A stretch of 63,424 nt of DNA, filler included. It is 5 parts of 5 records of this genome, joined end to end, with 100 filler letters (N's around TTAATTAATTAA, not from the genome) between each part and the next. Parts side by side here need not be neighbours in the genome. Positions count along the whole stretch, not along the records: positions 38,583 to 52,667 come from SRR31156797_10218; positions 52,768 to 63,424 come from SRR31156797_10225; 3 more parts are not named here. One strand, written 5' to 3'. Within the stretch, counting starts at the first letter, position 1, and every line of letters begins with the position of its first letter. The translations under genes were made by a program, and so were the position numbers. The notes beneath the pieces were generated by a model, which worked only from the letters and a program-made list of their open reading frames with translations, was not told the origin of the DNA and searched no databases. Shown piece by piece: positions 49,107 through 57,826 of this stretch.

Positions 49107-50171
49107 ATGAGCACATTCATAAAAACCATCATGGTAACCGGAGGGGCCGGATTTATCGGATCGCATGTCATCCGGTTTTTCGTCAATAAATACCCGGATT
49201 ATAAAATCGTAAACATCGACAAGCTAACCTATGCCGGCAACCTGGAAAATTTAACAGATATTGAAAAGGAGCCCAACTACGAGTTTGTAAAAGCTGATAT
49301 TGTGGATGGTGACCTGATGCAAAAACTTTTCGACAAATATAAATTTGACGGCGTTATCCACCTTGCTGCCGAATCGCATGTAGATCGTTCCATCTCCAAC
49401 CCCATGGAATTTATCTATACAAATATCATTGGTACTGCCAACCTGCTGAACGCAGCTAAATTCCACTGGAAGGATGATCCGGAGGGTAAAATCTTTTATC
49501 ATGTTTCTACTGATGAGGTTTATGGATCGCTGGGTGAAACAGGATTTTTCTATGAAACCACTTCCTACGATCCACGCAGCCCCTATTCTGCCTCTAAGGC
49601 CAGTTCAGATCACCTGGTCAGGGCTTATTACCACACCTTTGGGTTACCAATTAAGATTTCGAATTGCTCCAATAATTACGGCTCATATCAGTTCCCGGAA
49701 AAACTGATCCCACTTTTCATCAATAACATCCAGAACAATAAGCCGCTACCGGTTTATGGCAAAGGCGAAAATGTGCGCGACTGGCTCTGGGTGAACGACC
49801 ACGCTTCTGCCATCGATGTGATCTATCACAACGGCGCTATTGGCGACACCTACAACATTGGCGGCCATAACGAATGGACCAACATTGACCTGATAAAACT
49901 TATGTGTAAGGTGATGGATGAAAAACTGGGACGTGAAACAGGGACTTCAGAAAAGTTGATAACCTATGTGAAAGACCGCGCCGGCCACGATCTGCGCTAT
50001 GCCATCGATTCCACCAAGCTACAGAAAGATCTGGGATGGAAACCTTCACTGCAATTTGAAGAAGGCCTCCGCAAAACTGTGGATTGGTATTTAGAAAACA
50101 CCGCCTGGATGAATAGAATCACTTCTGGTGACTATCAGAAATATTACGAGGAGCAGTACGATAAGAGATAG
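49107..50171 (+). CDS. rfbB: dTDP-glucose 4,6-dehydratase
   Basis: TGGAGFIGS, DKLTYAGN, LAAESHVDRS, STDEVYG, YSASK and DRAGHDLRY. Confidence 0.95.
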   Translation: MSTFIKTIMVTGGAGFIGSHVIRFFVNKYPDYKIVNIDKLTYAGNLENLTDIEKEPNYEFVKADIVDGDLMQKLFDKYKFDGVIHLAAESHVDRSISNPMEFIYTNIIGTANLLNAAKFHWKDDPEGKIFYHVSTDEVYGSLGETGFFYETTSYDPRSPYSASKASSDHLVRAYYHTFGLPIKISNCSNNYGSYQFPEKLIPLFINNIQNNKPLPVYGKGENVRDWLWVNDHASAIDVIYHNGAIGDTYNIGGHNEWTNIDLIKLMCKVMDEKLGRETGTSEKLITYVKDRAGHDLRYAIDSTKLQKDLGWKPSLQFEEGLRKTVDWYLENTAWMNRITSGDYQKYYEEQYDKR

Positions 50172-50177
50172 ACTAGT

Positions 50178-50536
50178 AAACCTGACAGGTTTTTATGTTC
50201 ATCGGGTTTCCCGTTTTGGATTAACAATTTCCATTGCTCATAGGAGTAAACCTGTCAGGTTTTTCTTTATTCCACAACCAGTTTCCTGGAAACCTTTTCG
50301 CCACCAGCTTCGATGGGAAAAATTTTTACTCTGTTAAACGCTGCCAGGGTTATAACCTAACAGGCTTGCCCACAGGTAGAAGAAAAAACCCTCAAAATAA
50401 TCAGATGAGTGACTGAACCCAAACCTGTTAGGTTTACTTCAATGCCTTGGGTAAACCTAACAAGTCCTGAGTTTTCCGGCAAACTTGAAAGCAAAAACGT
50501 TTTCCTGTCGTTTGTGGGAGCAGACCTGTTAGGTTT
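50178..50536. repeat. Cluster of about 7 REP-like palindromes, consensus AAACCTGWCAGGTTT
   Basis: Copies at 50178, 50248, 50337, 50354, 50421, 50453 and 50522. Some are preceded by TAGGAG/GTGGGAG feet. Confidence 0.8.
50267..50314 (-). pseudogene. Remnant 3' end of a paralogue of the T9SS cargo gene
   Basis: Encodes IEAGGEKVSRKLVVE*, identical in protein to 50541-50588, with 3 synonymous nucleotide differences. Confidence 0.8.
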
Positions 50537-50540
50537 TCAG

Positions 50541-52571
50541 CTATTCCACAACGAGTTTCCTGGAAACCTTTTCGCCACCCGCTTCGATTGTAATGAAATA
50601 AATCCCGGATTCCAGATCGGAAACATCCAGATTGATGTTATTTGTTCCTGCCGATAAATACCGAGCTTCAATTTGTTTTACTGTTTGCCCCATCAGGTTG
50701 GTTAATGAAATGGATATTGTTGATGGCCGGGTTAATTTCATTTCCACAAGGATTGATGAAGAAGCCGGATTTGGAAAAACCTCCGAGACCTCGCGGATGA
50801 TACCCGAATGTTCAATGATACCTGGCGGCGGTGGGCCAACCATAAACTGACCTACCCAGAAAAAGGCATCCTGAATGTATTTAAATTGCACAGGCTCATA
50901 GGGGTCGGTGGGTGTCATATCTTCATAAACTAAGGGAAGAATGAATACCGGCCAGCTCAGGTCGTCTCTGTAAATCAACTCATCGGCCATAGCAAAAAAG
51001 TATGCCGAAAATGTTGCTTCCGAGCCATAGGTCAAATTCTGAGGATCACCCATCATGGTTTCATAATTAGTGGTAAGCATTTTGGTTTCCGCATTAAACC
51101 CTCTGGCCCAGATATCGGGTGCATTATTTTCAGCCGAAACCGTGGTATCCGTATCCAGCCATGCTGCAATAAGGTATTCTCCGGTGGCATCCCTGGCAAT
51201 CTGAATGCGGTTATCTTCATACAAATCGCCATAATTTCCGCGGAAAGATACCAATCGGCCGAGTTCTCTGCCATACCAGCTTCCCGGGTTTCCTTTATCT
51301 TCAGAATTTAAAATAAACGGAGCCATAAACAGGTAGCCGCTTTCCTGTGATTTTTCGGTGATGATGGAATAAGCGCTGTCGGCGGATACCCCAACCACAA
51401 CAGCTATATTAGGGTTTCCTGCATAATCCACTGTCAGGTCGAAATCAAAGGCAGTCGTAAAAGGAATCTCCTCAGGTTCGGGGATTGGTCCCTCGTAGAG
51501 CTCTTCCACTTCATCCACACTTAAAAAATGCTGCACTCCCGACATTCCATCTTCACCGGCAAGTGCTACTTCGATGGGGCCTTCCCAGGTTTCCCCATAA
51601 TCTTCGGTGCGCCACAGGATGGGATATAAAGACAGTCCGGCCGAAATACCAACATTTCCATTATCTGCGAGGGTCACGATGTATCCATATTGCCCGTCTT
51701 TCGAAAACTCAACCCGGGAGCAGACCGGAACCATCGTGGTATCGTAGGTTGGGCAGGACAACAGGAATTGTTCGAGATCAAAATCTTTTTCAGCTTCATT
51801 CCAGGTTCCGTGGCTGATGAGCAATTGTTGTTGCCAGTCAGCAGAGCCTGAACTAAAATCAATATTGTGATCCACCACCCAGAAATCACCGGTACCAGTT
51901 ACCGTGAAACCATCCGGTATGTATTGATAAAAGCCTTCGACAGGGTTCGTTGATCGAAGATTGGTTGTGGTGTCCATTGAATCACCAATAGGAGCATAAC
52001 CCCAGCCATAACCACCCCAGCCATCGGGGGCATTGGAACCTTCGAGAATTGGCGCAAAGTAAACTACATAGACGCTGTCAGGATTAGTATTTCCTGGCGG
52101 GTTAAAAAGGCCATGCTGCGGATACCTGGCGGGTAATATAAACCACGACCCCCCATCATAGTAAGAATAGCACTCATTCATCACAGTCCATGACGCTCCC
52201 CAATCGGTGGAAACGTCAAACCCCAGATCACCTGAAGAGCCACCGGGATCGAGTTCACCGCCCATCCTGTGGAAATTGCTCACTATGCCCAGTTCATCGT
52301 CTGCACAAACCAGCGAACGCTGTCCACCGGCATAGCCATATCCAAAAGCATTTGCCGCTATGCCGATGTCGATAATATCCACAACATCAGTTGATTTGAA
52401 TTCCTTTGAAACTACTTGCGTTGGTGATTGTCCTGGGATTTCGCCATGATTTTCGTATTGGTTGATTTCTATTGACCTTTCGAAGGCAAGGCCTTGTTTA
52501 AGCTGTGCCTGCTGGGCTGTCAGTAACCCGGCAATAGCAACTATTAATGAGGTGAGTAGAAATTTTTTCAT
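50541..52571 (-). CDS. T9SS type A sorting domain protein with Asp-box (BNR) motifs
   Basis: Signal peptide, STDWGASW and TEDYGETW, and a C-terminal CTD VFPNPA...NLMGQ...LESGIYFI...KLVVE. Confidence 0.88.
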   Translation of the reverse strand: MKKFLLTSLIVAIAGLLTAQQAQLKQGLAFERSIEINQYENHGEIPGQSPTQVVSKEFKSTDVVDIIDIGIAANAFGYGYAGGQRSLVCADDELGIVSNFHRMGGELDPGGSSGDLGFDVSTDWGASWTVMNECYSYYDGGSWFILPARYPQHGLFNPPGNTNPDSVYVVYFAPILEGSNAPDGWGGYGWGYAPIGDSMDTTTNLRSTNPVEGFYQYIPDGFTVTGTGDFWVVDHNIDFSSGSADWQQQLLISHGTWNEAEKDFDLEQFLLSCPTYDTTMVPVCSRVEFSKDGQYGYIVTLADNGNVGISAGLSLYPILWRTEDYGETWEGPIEVALAGEDGMSGVQHFLSVDEVEELYEGPIPEPEEIPFTTAFDFDLTVDYAGNPNIAVVVGVSADSAYSIITEKSQESGYLFMAPFILNSEDKGNPGSWYGRELGRLVSFRGNYGDLYEDNRIQIARDATGEYLIAAWLDTDTTVSAENNAPDIWARGFNAETKMLTTNYETMMGDPQNLTYGSEATFSAYFFAMADELIYRDDLSWPVFILPLVYEDMTPTDPYEPVQFKYIQDAFFWVGQFMVGPPPPGIIEHSGIIREVSEVFPNPASSSILVEMKLTRPSTISISLTNLMGQTVKQIEARYLSAGTNNINLDVSDLESGIYFITIEAGGEKVSRKLVVE

Positions 52572-52620
52572 TGGTTTTTTATTTGGATGATTTCAAAGTT
52601 ACGAAACAGTATGTTGCCTT

Positions 52621-52666
52621 AACTCTGACAGGATTCAAAACCTAACAGGTCCTGAATTTTCCGGTG
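52621..52666. repeat. REP-like doublet upstream of the T9SS gene
   Basis: AACTCTGACAGGATT then AAACCTAACAGGTCCTGAATTTTCCGG. These match 50337-50366 and 50453-50479. Confidence 0.75.
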
Positions 52667-52667
52667 G

Positions 52668-52767
52668 NNNNNNNNNNNNNNNNNNNNNNNNNNNNNNNNN
52701 NNNNNNNNNNNTTAATTAATTAANNNNNNNNNNNNNNNNNNNNNNNNNNNNNNNNNNNNNNNNNNNN
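52668..52767. other. Artificial contig spacer
   Basis: N-run with a TTAATTAATTAA linker. Confidence 0.99.
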
Positions 52768-52846
52768 ACTATGTCTTCAAATCAGTGCCTTGCCTAACAG
52801 CGAATAAATTCTCGCTGAACATGCATCTTGAAGTTACTTGAGTATA
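52768..52846. repeat. Right end of an ERIC-like / MITE-like Vibrio intergenic repeat, truncated
   Basis: Terminus GCATCTTGAAGTTACTTGAGTATA resembles ERIC-type ends (...CTTGAAGTATGACGGGTATA). There is an internal CAGCGA...TCGCTG hairpin and the contig breaks inside the element. Confidence 0.6.
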
Positions 52847-52928
52847 TATTGAGATAGAAAAAAACGGTAAAGTTAGAAACCAGCAAGACGCATGCTGGTT
52901 TCTTTTTCAGAAGGATAGTAAAAATTCT

Positions 52929-54680
52929 ATGGCAACCTTACTGCTTAGTGGAACACAACTTGAACCACAATCACCTAGCATGCCCTTGAACAAACCGTTT
53001 TTAATCGCTATCGGTGTTATTTATCTGTTTGCTATGCATATTTTCCTTCCCAATATGGGAGGGGATAGTCTCGATCTACCCTTCAATACCACCACCTGGA
53101 TAGCGTTAAGTTTCGCCCTTTGCTTAGGTCTATATCAGCTAAGTAACTATCAATGTCTACGTTACTCAAAACTGACTATCGGTCTCTGGGTATGCAGCCT
53201 TATCTTATCGCTTCCGTTACTCTACACGAATGCGAACTGGGATAACTCACTCGGACGAGTAATCGGATTGTGGGCAGGATATAGCCTATTTTTGGTTTTA
53301 CAGCAGTTTCATTTCAGCAACAAACATAAACAAAGGCTACTTTGGTACGTTGTTCTAGGTACCTTCGTAGAAAGCTTTTTTGCTTTATACCAATATGCTT
53401 TATTAGCCTCAAAAAACCTGTTTGATTACTCCCCTACTGGCATTTTTCAAAACGTAGAGACAATGGCAAGCTTCCTTGCCACAGGCGTGGTGATCTCTGG
53501 TTATCTTCTGGCTCGCCAGCCCAAGAAGTACAATAAAAAGCTTAGTGAAATTACATTATTATATATTACGCCACTAACGACATTACCTCTTATTATTCTG
53601 TCAAAATCGTTGATCGGATGGTTATCCGTGGGTATCGGTATCATCTTGATTCTGCCATACCTATACCGTTTTTCACCGCGTCAGCGCTTTATTAATTGGG
53701 TGGCCGCGGCCAGTATCGGGATCATTATCGGCATTTGCGCTTTCTTATGGCAAAGTAGTCATAATCCCAACGCGGATAATGAGATAACATTGCCGGCATA
53801 CAGCCAAGTGCTTCCACAAGCCTTAGACATGCTGATAGAGAAACCATTCACAGGTTATGGATACGGCAAGTTCGAATCACAATACATTTTGTATACGGCA
53901 AGACAGCACCAACTCAACACCCGTTATCCTGCCGGCGAGCCCGAACTGACACATCCTCATAATGAGATACTATTCTGGGGAGTGGAAGGCGGGTTACTTC
54001 CGATACTCGGTATCGTAATGGCGGGTAGCTTTATTCTGTTTCGCATTTATTCCGCAAAGAAAGGCACCCGCCTCGCCATGTTTGCGTTATTACTACCGAT
54101 GATCATTCATAACTTGGTGGATGGACCATTTACTCAATCAGCGGTTCATTGGATAACGTTTATCATTCTACTGTTTTGGATCGATCAACGTGTCGCTAAA
54201 TATCGGCTATTTCGCTTTAGTAATGTGAGTCGTTCATTGTTGAGACTGACCTCAATCACTCTGCCCGTTTCAGCTACATTTTGCTTACTAAGTATTTTGC
54301 ATACCAACGTCATTTTGACTCAGTTTGAACAATCAAGTCCCAAAAACCTAGCCATATTGCAGGGCGTGATTAATCCAACCTTTACCAAAGATAAACTCGA
54401 CAAGTCTGTTTATACCGCCTATCTAAATGCTGGATTTGAAGAGAAGAAAGTGGAGTATTTACAGCCGTATATCCCTTGGGCATTAAGCACGATTCAAAAC
54501 CAACCCAGACCAGAATATTACATCAACCTCATTAGAGCTTATATGGCAATTGGTGACACAAGCCGCGCACAGCAAATTAAGTACGAGGCGGAGTTTTTAT
54601 TTCCAAACGCAGATTTTAGCCAAGCGCAATCAGAACCGATAATCACGGAACTGAACAAAGTCGTACTAGAATCCGAATAA
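52929..54680 (+). CDS. PglL-like O-oligosaccharyltransferase / O-antigen ligase family (Wzy_C)
   Basis: Polytopic membrane protein with PNMGG..LDLPFN, GIFQN and GYGYGKF...HPHNE. Confidence 0.8.
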   Translation: MATLLLSGTQLEPQSPSMPLNKPFLIAIGVIYLFAMHIFLPNMGGDSLDLPFNTTTWIALSFALCLGLYQLSNYQCLRYSKLTIGLWVCSLILSLPLLYTNANWDNSLGRVIGLWAGYSLFLVLQQFHFSNKHKQRLLWYVVLGTFVESFFALYQYALLASKNLFDYSPTGIFQNVETMASFLATGVVISGYLLARQPKKYNKKLSEITLLYITPLTTLPLIILSKSLIGWLSVGIGIILILPYLYRFSPRQRFINWVAAASIGIIIGICAFLWQSSHNPNADNEITLPAYSQVLPQALDMLIEKPFTGYGYGKFESQYILYTARQHQLNTRYPAGEPELTHPHNEILFWGVEGGLLPILGIVMAGSFILFRIYSAKKGTRLAMFALLLPMIIHNLVDGPFTQSAVHWITFIILLFWIDQRVAKYRLFRFSNVSRSLLRLTSITLPVSATFCLLSILHTNVILTQFEQSSPKNLAILQGVINPTFTKDKLDKSVYTAYLNAGFEEKKVEYLQPYIPWALSTIQNQPRPEYYINLIRAYMAIGDTSRAQQIKYEAEFLFPNADFSQAQSEPIITELNKVVLESE

Positions 54681-54681
54681 C

Positions 54682-54708
54682 AAAAAGGTGGCTAAATTCG
54701 CCACCTTT
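54682..54708. terminator. Bidirectional terminator
   Basis: AAAAAGGTGGC-TAAATTC-GCCACCTTT between convergent genes. Confidence 0.7.
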
Positions 54709-54731
54709 AAACTTCGCATTTGTTGTAATGT

Positions 54732-55853
54732 TTACTGAGTTAACGACTCTTCTAACGCTCTTAGACATAGCGCGATATTTTCCGGTCGAGCACCGTAACC
54801 CATAACACCAATTCGCCACGCCTTTCCAGCCAAAGCCCCTAAGCCAGCGCCGATTTCTAAGTTGTATTCTGTAAGTAAGTGATTACGAACTTTTGCATCG
54901 TCTACGCCTTCAGGAATATAAATCGTATTTAGCTGTGGTAGTCGATAAGCCTCTTCGACAACAAACTTAAAGCCCATTTTTTCCAAACCAAGCTTTAGCT
55001 TTTCATGCATCGCCTTATGACGAGCCCACGCGTTTTCCAGCCCTTCATTTTTCAAAACTAATAGTGCTTCATGCAACGAATACAGGCTATTTACCGGCGC
55101 TGTATGATGGTAACTACGCTTACCTTCGCCACTCCAGTAACCCAGCACTAAGCTCTGATCCAAAAACCAACTTTGTATTGGTGTCGTTCTGGACTGAATT
55201 TTTTCAATCGCTTTAGGAGACAGAGTTAATGGCGATAAACCCGGAACACAAGAAAGACACTTCTGACTGCCAGAATAAACCGCATCGAGTTGCCACTCAT
55301 CCACCAGCAAAGGAACGCCCCCTAGAGAGGTTACCGCATCAACAATCGTTAACATATTGTGCTGTTTTGCCAACGCACCTAGCGTTTTAGCGTCACTTAA
55401 TGCGCCTGTTGAAGTTTCAGCATGCACAAAAGCAATCATTTTAGCGTCAGGATGCTGGGTTATAGCCTCTTCAACTTTGCCGATAGAGACAGGCGTTCCC
55501 CATTCATCATCAACGACAACCGCTTCACCACCGCAACGTACAACATTTTCACGCATACGCTCGCCAAACACACCATTACGACACACAATGACTTTATCAC
55601 CCGGCTCAACCAAGTTAACAAAACACGCTTCCATCCCTGCACTACCCGGAGCCGATACCGCGATAGTAAATTCATTTTCAGTCTGAAATGCATATTTGAG
55701 CAGTACTTTAAGCTCATCCATCATCGCGACAAACAAAGGGTCCAAGTGACCCACAGTTGGACGACTAAGGGCTTGTAATACCTGTGGAGAGATATCCGAT
55801 GGCCCTGGCCCCATCAAAATACGATGGGGAGGGATGAAGCTTTGTATAGTCAT
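54732..55853 (-). CDS. Class V PLP aminotransferase (alanine-glyoxylate/serine-pyruvate)
   Basis: LMGPGPS, VHAETSTG, VDAVTSLGG, SGSQKCLS and YHHTAP. Confidence 0.92.
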   Translation of the reverse strand: MTIQSFIPPHRILMGPGPSDISPQVLQALSRPTVGHLDPLFVAMMDELKVLLKYAFQTENEFTIAVSAPGSAGMEACFVNLVEPGDKVIVCRNGVFGERMRENVVRCGGEAVVVDDEWGTPVSIGKVEEAITQHPDAKMIAFVHAETSTGALSDAKTLGALAKQHNMLTIVDAVTSLGGVPLLVDEWQLDAVYSGSQKCLSCVPGLSPLTLSPKAIEKIQSRTTPIQSWFLDQSLVLGYWSGEGKRSYHHTAPVNSLYSLHEALLVLKNEGLENAWARHKAMHEKLKLGLEKMGFKFVVEEAYRLPQLNTIYIPEGVDDAKVRNHLLTEYNLEIGAGLGALAGKAWRIGVMGYGARPENIALCLRALEESLTQ

Positions 55854-56126
55854 AAGTGCTCCTAGCAGTAACAGACAAAAATGTAGAGTAAGTGATTATT
55901 ATCTTGGCGACAATTCGACTGAGGTCTAAACCTCAGCTTCCCGCAGGTGGCACGCATCAAGAAAGTACTTGGTACATCCTACAATCAAATGATTAAAATT
56001 AATTTCCATTTATCACAATTTTACAATTGACAAGGTATGCATAAAACCGTTCAATGAGTGGGCTATTTATCCCTGACTATTTGTTCATTCAGCCAATCGG
56101 CGAAAATACCAAATAGGATCGGATAA

Positions 56127-56294
56127 CAGAAGAGGAGCACTGCCCAGGTAGATGTTTTGTGGAGCCTCAACTCCAATACACAACATTCAGGGGGAGCAGT
56201 GCCGAGATGAATCAAGGTTGTGGGTTTGGTTTATCGGTCGACAGGGTTGAATCCCTCCGACTGTCATCAGTGCTATGCTGATGAAGAGCTTCTG
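56127..56294 (+). ncRNA. Lysine riboswitch (L-box)
   Basis: P1 CAGAAG/CTTCTG, AGAGGAGC, AGGTA, GGGGG...GCCGAG, GAAT...ACTGTC and GAGCT, upstream of lysC. Confidence 0.9.
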
Positions 56295-56413
56295 AGGAAA
56301 TTGATACAACCTACCTGTTGTCACACCTCTATCTTGCTCTAAGAAACTCTCTTCAAACATTGGAAGTTGGATTACCAACCATTTTTATTTCTAGGAAGTT
56401 CGGGAGAAATGTA

Positions 56414-57766
56414 GTGAGCACATTTAATGTCGCCAAGTTTGGTGGAACAAGTGTTGCAAATTTTGAAGCAATGAGCCGCTGTTCGGCAGTGATCGAAAGT
56501 AACCCACAAACCCGCTTAGTGGTAAGCAGTGCCTGTTCTGGGGTGACGAATTTATTAGTCGAACTTGCCAATGGTGTACAAGATGCTGAGCAGCGATTAG
56601 CCATTGTTAAGCAGTTAGCTGAAATCCATGACTCAATCATTGACCAGTTAGCAGAGCCAACCCAAGTAGAAAAAGACGTTCATTCAATTCTTGATAGTGT
56701 TGCTAGTGCTGCAGAAGCGGCATCGTTCCAATCAAGCAAAAAGCTCACCGATCACTTAGTGGCATGTGGTGAACTGATGTCGACTCACATCTTGACTCAG
56801 TTGATGAGAGAAAGAGGCGTGAACACAGTTCGTTTTGATATTCGAGAAATACTAAGAACCGACGACAATTACGGCCGTGCAGAACCACAAGTGGAAGAAA
56901 TTGCTAAGTTAGCTCAAGAGAAACTATCACCGCTTTGCGAACAATATGTGGTAATTACCCAAGGTTTCATTGGCTCAGACAAAGACGGTAACACCACAAC
57001 GCTAGGACGTGGCGGCAGTGACTATTCTGCAGCACTAATTGCAGAATCAGTTCAAGCATCCGGATTAGAGATCTGGACTGACGTTCCAGGGATCTATACT
57101 ACCGACCCTCGTATCGCTCCTAAAGCCGCGCCAATTCCAGAAATCAGCTTTAGTGAAGCTTCTGAGATGGCGAACTTTGGTGCGAAAATTTTGCACCCAT
57201 CAACTCTGGTTCCAGCACTTCGCCATGGTATCCCTGTATTCGTTGGTTCATCAAAAGAACCAGAAAAAGGTGGAACCTGGATTCGTCAAGAAGCCAAGAA
57301 CCCACCACAATTCCGTGCTCTGGCTCTTCGTTGTAATCAAACAATGGTAACACTGCGCAGTGCTAAAATGTTCCACGCATATGGCTTCCTAGCCAAAGTA
57401 TTTGAGGTTCTGGCTAAATACAAAATATCTGTAGACCTGATTACTACATCTGAAATCAGTGTTTCGCTGACACTGGATAAAACCGATACTTCTGGTGGCG
57501 CACCAGAACTACCTCAGGAAGCGAAAGAAGAACTACAAGAACTTTGTACTGTTGAAGTAGAGCACAACCTCTGTTTAGTAGCGCTAATTGGTAACCATAT
57601 GGAAACCAAAGGTTATGCGAAAGAAGTGTTCAGCACCTTAGGTGACTTTAACTTGCGTATGATCTGCTACGGAGCAAGTGACCATAACCTTTGCTTCCTC
57701 GTTGATGCTCATGAGTCTAAAGCGGTCATTCAGAAGCTGCATTTGGATCTGTTCGAGAATCGATAA
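56414..57766 (+). CDS. lysC: Lysine-sensitive aspartokinase III
   Basis: VAKFGGTSVA, TLGRGGSDYSA, WTDVPG, GAKILHP and ACT domains. GTG start after GGGAG. Confidence 0.96.
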   Translation: MSTFNVAKFGGTSVANFEAMSRCSAVIESNPQTRLVVSSACSGVTNLLVELANGVQDAEQRLAIVKQLAEIHDSIIDQLAEPTQVEKDVHSILDSVASAAEAASFQSSKKLTDHLVACGELMSTHILTQLMRERGVNTVRFDIREILRTDDNYGRAEPQVEEIAKLAQEKLSPLCEQYVVITQGFIGSDKDGNTTTLGRGGSDYSAALIAESVQASGLEIWTDVPGIYTTDPRIAPKAAPIPEISFSEASEMANFGAKILHPSTLVPALRHGIPVFVGSSKEPEKGGTWIRQEAKNPPQFRALALRCNQTMVTLRSAKMFHAYGFLAKVFEVLAKYKISVDLITTSEISVSLTLDKTDTSGGAPELPQEAKEELQELCTVEVEHNLCLVALIGNHMETKGYAKEVFSTLGDFNLRMICYGASDHNLCFLVDAHESKAVIQKLHLDLFENR

Positions 57767-57777
57767 CGATAGATAAG

Positions 57778-57805
57778 ACAAAGGTCACCCATTGGTGACC
57801 TTTGT
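57778..57805. terminator. Bidirectional terminator between lysC and metH
   Basis: ACAAAGGTCACC-CATT-GGTGACCTTTGT. Confidence 0.8.
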
Positions 57806-57826
57806 TCATTTCTGATTGTTGATACC

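Noticed and set aside
50178-50536. Possible CRISPR array
   Set aside because: The repeats are only ~15 bp, degenerate, in mixed orientation and irregularly spaced (about 17-90 bp), with no cas genes. REP-like palindromes fit better.
50128-50657. Short plus-strand ORFs (69, 60 and 82 aa) after rfbB
   Set aside because: They are translations of the palindromic repeats and of the antisense strand of the T9SS tail (recurring NLTG/KPVRF).
13822-52767. Four identical TTAATTAATTAA motifs within N-runs, and apparent gene neighbourhoods across them
   Set aside because: These are artificial concatenation linkers. The segments come from different phyla, so no cross-contig system (for example metH with the MtaA-like gene, or the agarase with T9SS) can be inferred.
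56318-56413. N-terminal extensions given by the ORF track for lysC (likewise frr, secG, era, prfC, DegT and nhaP)
   Set aside because: Family homology and RBS positions indicate downstream starts. The extensions run through leaders or promoters.
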